From the NCBI GenBank assembly GCA_963700155.1, contig OY969472.1, positions 517,059-581,058 on the forward strand: a stretch of 64,000 bases of DNA, in the 5' to 3' direction. Position numbers and translations under genes: made by a program. Position 1 is the first letter of the stretch. The number at the start of each line of letters is the position of its first letter. The stretch comes from an uncultured bacterium (GTDB taxonomy: Bacteria > Patescibacteriota > Dojkabacteria > J137). Under the pieces are notes generated by a model that was not told the origin of the DNA, made no database searches, and worked only from the letters and a program-made list of their open reading frames with translations. Below, piece by piece: positions 63,686 to 64,000 of this stretch.

Positions 63686-64000
63686 ATGAATATTTTTAAT
63701 CAAAATCTATATGAAGAATACTTTAGGCATTTAAGAATTTTGGTTCTTAAAATCTTTCCGAATATAACTTTAAATACTCATAAATATGCTTCAAAGGAAT
63801 TTAATGATTATTCAAATTTTAGGCTAGTCTCCTTAGGTGAGTCTTCGCATGGAGTTTCTGAATTTTTCAAAAATAAATCAAAGATCTCACTAAAACTATT
63901 ATCTCTGGGATACAATAAGATATATTTTGAGGACTCTGAAATAGTTATAAGAAAAGTTAATAAGATAATACAAAACGGTACAAATTCGTCTTTAAAAGAA
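63686..64000 (+). CDS. 5' part of a CDS running off the window; possibly erythromycin-esterase/ChaN-like
   Basis: Open from the ATG at 63686 to the window end. LGESSHGVSEFF resembles the GE(A/S)xHG motif of the erythromycin-esterase family. Weak. Confidence 0.3.
   Translation, partial: MNIFNQNLYEEYFRHLRILVLKIFPNITLNTHKYASKEFNDYSNFRLVSLGESSHGVSEFFKNKSKISLKLLSLGYNKIYFEDSEIVIRKVNKIIQNGTNSSLKE

Noticed and set aside
1-64000. CRISPR arrays, rRNA genes, IS elements or transposases, prophage genes, recoded genetic code (UGA sense)
   Set aside because: I saw no regularly spaced direct-repeat array, no rRNA-like sequence and no transposase, integrase or phage structural motifs. Long conserved ORFs terminate normally, including at TGA (for example 1961-1963 and 62378-62380), so standard code 11 fits.

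Overview
AT-rich (about 30% GC by eye, not computed), densely packed bacterial chromosome segment read with the standard code 11; TGA acts as a stop. It contains the replication-origin neighbourhood: dnaN, two inserted hypothetical genes, dnaA, an intergenic region with DnaA boxes, then yidD. Coding-strand preference switches near 24 kb. Housekeeping genes present are rsmI, comM/yifB, tsaD, sod, apbE, holA-like, ftsK, dnaJ, adk, murE-like, argS, pcrA and trmD. Cell-envelope genes include two FemAB-family genes, a VanY/M15B carboxypeptidase, GT4 and GT28 glycosyltransferases, an O-antigen-ligase-like protein, a clan GH-A-like hydrolase, a rhomboid protease and a transglutaminase-like protein. 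There is also a MacAB-type ABC efflux trio, two tRNAs (Arg-GCG, Ser-CGA) and many small hypothetical or membrane proteins. Gene content and composition suggest a small-genome, CPR/Patescibacteria-like bacterium; this is inference only. I found no CRISPR array, transposase, integrase or recognisable defence system. Four observations stand out. (1) About 20 exact GC-rich inverted repeats or hairpins lie inside coding sequences, and seven of them form a narrow class with 61-70 nt between the arms. (2) A two-gene cassette (PRTase-like plus GHMP/mevalonate-kinase-like) is bracketed by perfect 48-bp direct repeats that duplicate the 5' end of a SpoU/TrmH gene. (3) tsaD is translationally coupled to a truncated Hanks-type kinase-like gene, which resembles the archaeal Kae1-Bud32 arrangement. 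(4) A higher-GC islet encodes a small His-rich membrane protein between two related GC hairpins. All functional calls rest on motifs I recognised by eye. No database search was run.
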